A stretch of 64,000 nucleotides of DNA, taken from positions 18,459 through 82,458 of the forward strand of contig JACRHL010000012.1 in assembly GCA_016212085.1 (NCBI GenBank). Direction: 5' to 3'. This DNA is from Nitrospirota bacterium (GTDB lineage Bacteria > Nitrospirota > JACRHL01). The notes below the pieces were generated by a model that did not search any database, was not told the origin of the DNA, and saw nothing but the letters and a program-made list of their open reading frames with translations. Made by a program: the position numbers and the translations under genes. Positions 62,553 to 64,000 of the stretch are shown one piece after another (position 1 is the first letter of the stretch; each line of letters opens with the position of its first letter).

Positions 62553-64000
62553 TCAGGAAGGGGTGGCGTGGGGCGCCGCGGTTCCGGTGTCCGGCCGCCG
62601 CGCGCCGCGCCGGGTGAGGAGTTCCTCCAGGGCGATGAGCACCCGCCGCCCGGAGTCCTCGCCGCCGTCCTCCCAGGCCGTCAGGCAGGCCTTGGAAATG
62701 GGGCCGTTGAGCGGCTTGGGGTTGTACAGCAGCTTCTTGATGGAGATGGGGTTGAGCGACATGGGGTTGTAGCCGGCCCGCAGGTAGCCGCTGTCCAGCA
62801 GGTGCTCCTCCATGGGGGTGTGCGGCTGCACGCCGATGAAGAAGATCATCGGGTACACCTGCTGCTCGCCCATGATGGCCACGAAGCGGCGGTACGAATC
62901 CACGGTTTCCAGCAGCGACTCTTCCGTCTCGCCGGGCATGTTCGGCGAGTAGTTGAGGATCAGCTTGTGCCGGTACCCGGCCGCCTTCAGGTTGCGCGCC
63001 CCCGTGTACAGGTTCTCGAGCTTGAAGCCGAGCTGCATGGCGTTGACCATGCGCTGCGAGCCGGACGCCAGCCCCACCTCCAGGTCGCCCACCCCGGAGC
63101 GCACCATGAGATCCGCCAGGCGCGGGGTGATGGAACTGGTGCGCACGTAGCCGCTCCAGCGGACGTCGAGCCCCCGGTCGATGATGCCCGCCAGGATCGC
63201 CTCGGCGTTGGACAGGGCCTTGCGCCCGGTGAGGAACTGGGCGTCGGCGAACCAGAAGTCGCGCGCGCCCAGCTCGTCGTGCAGGTACTGCATCTCGCTC
63301 AGCACCCGCTCCGGCGGCCGCAGGGAGACCTGGGTGCCCTCGATGTAGGGGTACAGGCAGTAGGCGCAGCGGTAGGGGCAGCCGCGCTTGGTCTGGATGC
63401 TCACCTGGAAGCCCCGGTACGCCTCCCACTGCGGGAAGATGGTGCGGATGTAGGGGTAGTCGATACCCGTGACGGACAGGTCCAGCGGCGGCGGTGCCGG
63501 GCCCTCGACGCGCCGCCCGTCGCGCACGAGGCTGACCCGGTAACCGGCCGCGTCGCGCCCCTCGATGAGGGCGCTCATCACCTGCTCCCCCTCGCCGATG
63601 ACGCCGATCACCCCCGCCGGCAGCTTGGCGGCGAGCTGTTTGTGGAACACGCTGAAGGCGCCGCCGCCAAGAACGATGGTCTTGTCCGGGTGGCGCCGCG
63701 CCAGGGTGCGCACGTGGCCCAGGTTCTCGCGCAGGTTGGCATGGTAGGCCGCCACCATCTTGAGGCCCGAGAACGACGCCAGCGCCTTCTTGATGACGCT
63801 GTTGGAATAGAAGAAATTGAACGAGTTCTCCAGCGACGCGTCCGCCTCGTGGGGGGCGAACACCTGGATGTCGCGCCAGGAGATGCTGATGATGTCCGGG
63901 TCGAACCCGGCGATCTCGTCCCGCAGGTAGCGGTCGCGCGTGTCCGGGGCCACCACCGCCAGGTCGATGATGCGCTGGCGCACGTGGGGGTGGTGCTGGC
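62553..64000 (-). CDS. B12-binding-domain radical SAM protein (N-terminus probably off window)
   Basis: ORF 62553..63983, and the frame stays open to the window edge. ..FDPDIISISWRD.. (B12-domain-like), ..IQTKRGCPYRCAYCLYP.. (CxxxCxxC). Confidence 0.8.
   Translation of the reverse strand, partial: QHHPHVRQRIIDLAVVAPDTRDRYLRDEIAGFDPDIISISWRDIQVFAPHEADASLENSFNFFYSNSVIKKALASFSGLKMVAAYHANLRENLGHVRTLARRHPDKTIVLGGGAFSVFHKQLAAKLPAGVIGVIGEGEQVMSALIEGRDAAGYRVSLVRDGRRVEGPAPPPLDLSVTGIDYPYIRTIFPQWEAYRGFQVSIQTKRGCPYRCAYCLYPYIEGTQVSLRPPERVLSEMQYLHDELGARDFWFADAQFLTGRKALSNAEAILAGIIDRGLDVRWSGYVRTSSITPRLADLMVRSGVGDLEVGLASGSQRMVNAMQLGFKLENLYTGARNLKAAGYRHKLILNYSPNMPGETEESLLETVDSYRRFVAIMGEQQVYPMIFFIGVQPHTPMEEHLLDSGYLRAGYNPMSLNPISIKKLLYNPKPLNGPISKACLTAWEDGGEDSGRRVLIALEELLTRRGARRPDTGTAAPHATPS

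Noticed and set aside
62482-62772. Continuation of the integrase ORF past residue ~252
   Set aside because: The sequence after ..RQAE has no integrase similarity, runs through a terminator hairpin and is antisense to the radical SAM gene. Treated as read-through of a truncated pseudogene.

Overview
High-GC (about two-thirds G+C by eye) proteobacterium-like chromosomal window, mostly core genome on both strands. All homology calls come from reading the translations; nothing was searched or computed. Layout: (1) 1-1.7 kb is the end of a lower-GC island: a tandem-NBD ABC ATPase running off the window and an Xis-like HTH gene, abutting the 3' end of tRNA-Leu(UAA), followed by tRNA-Cys. (2) purH and a gamma-carbonic-anhydrase-like gene. 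(3) 4.9-19.2 kb is a late flagellar cluster: DUF2802-like, flgF-G-A-H-I, a rod-binding-only flgJ, flgM-N-K-L, csrA-fliW, fliC, flaG, fliD, fliS and a fliT-like gene. It has one sigma-54-like and three sigma-28-like promoter candidates. (4) 19.4-22.6 kb is an atypical two-component trio. (5) 22.6-25.4 kb (minus strand) is a four-gene periplasmic thiol/heme/copper operon. (6) Housekeeping genes follow: hisS, ihfB, sppA, rpsA, rnc, proS, ispG, malic enzyme, cysE, ispF, ispD. (7) An envZ/ompR-like pair sits divergent from a CpxP/Spy-like gene. (8) pckA, an EVE-domain gene, a membrane protein, glgP overlapping a PilZ gene, an SH3 protein, clpC-type, an M16 peptidase. (9) The pnp-rpsO-truB-rbfA-infB-nusA-rimP block. 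(10) tRNA-Phe with a roughly 1-kb integrase relic, then a B12-radical-SAM gene running off the right edge. I saw no obvious complete novel multi-gene system. The most unusual signals are non-coding. A ~144-bp MITE-like element is present in two copies with 17-bp terminal inverted repeats and 4-bp target duplications. One copy splits a perfect terminator, and the other sits exactly on the ispD/ispF ATGA overlap. A ~140-nt multi-hairpin repeat family brackets hisS. Also unusual are the heme-fused TlpA/DsbA/DUF1573/YtkA operon and a receiver protein with Glu at the phospho-acceptor position plus a SHOCT-like tail.
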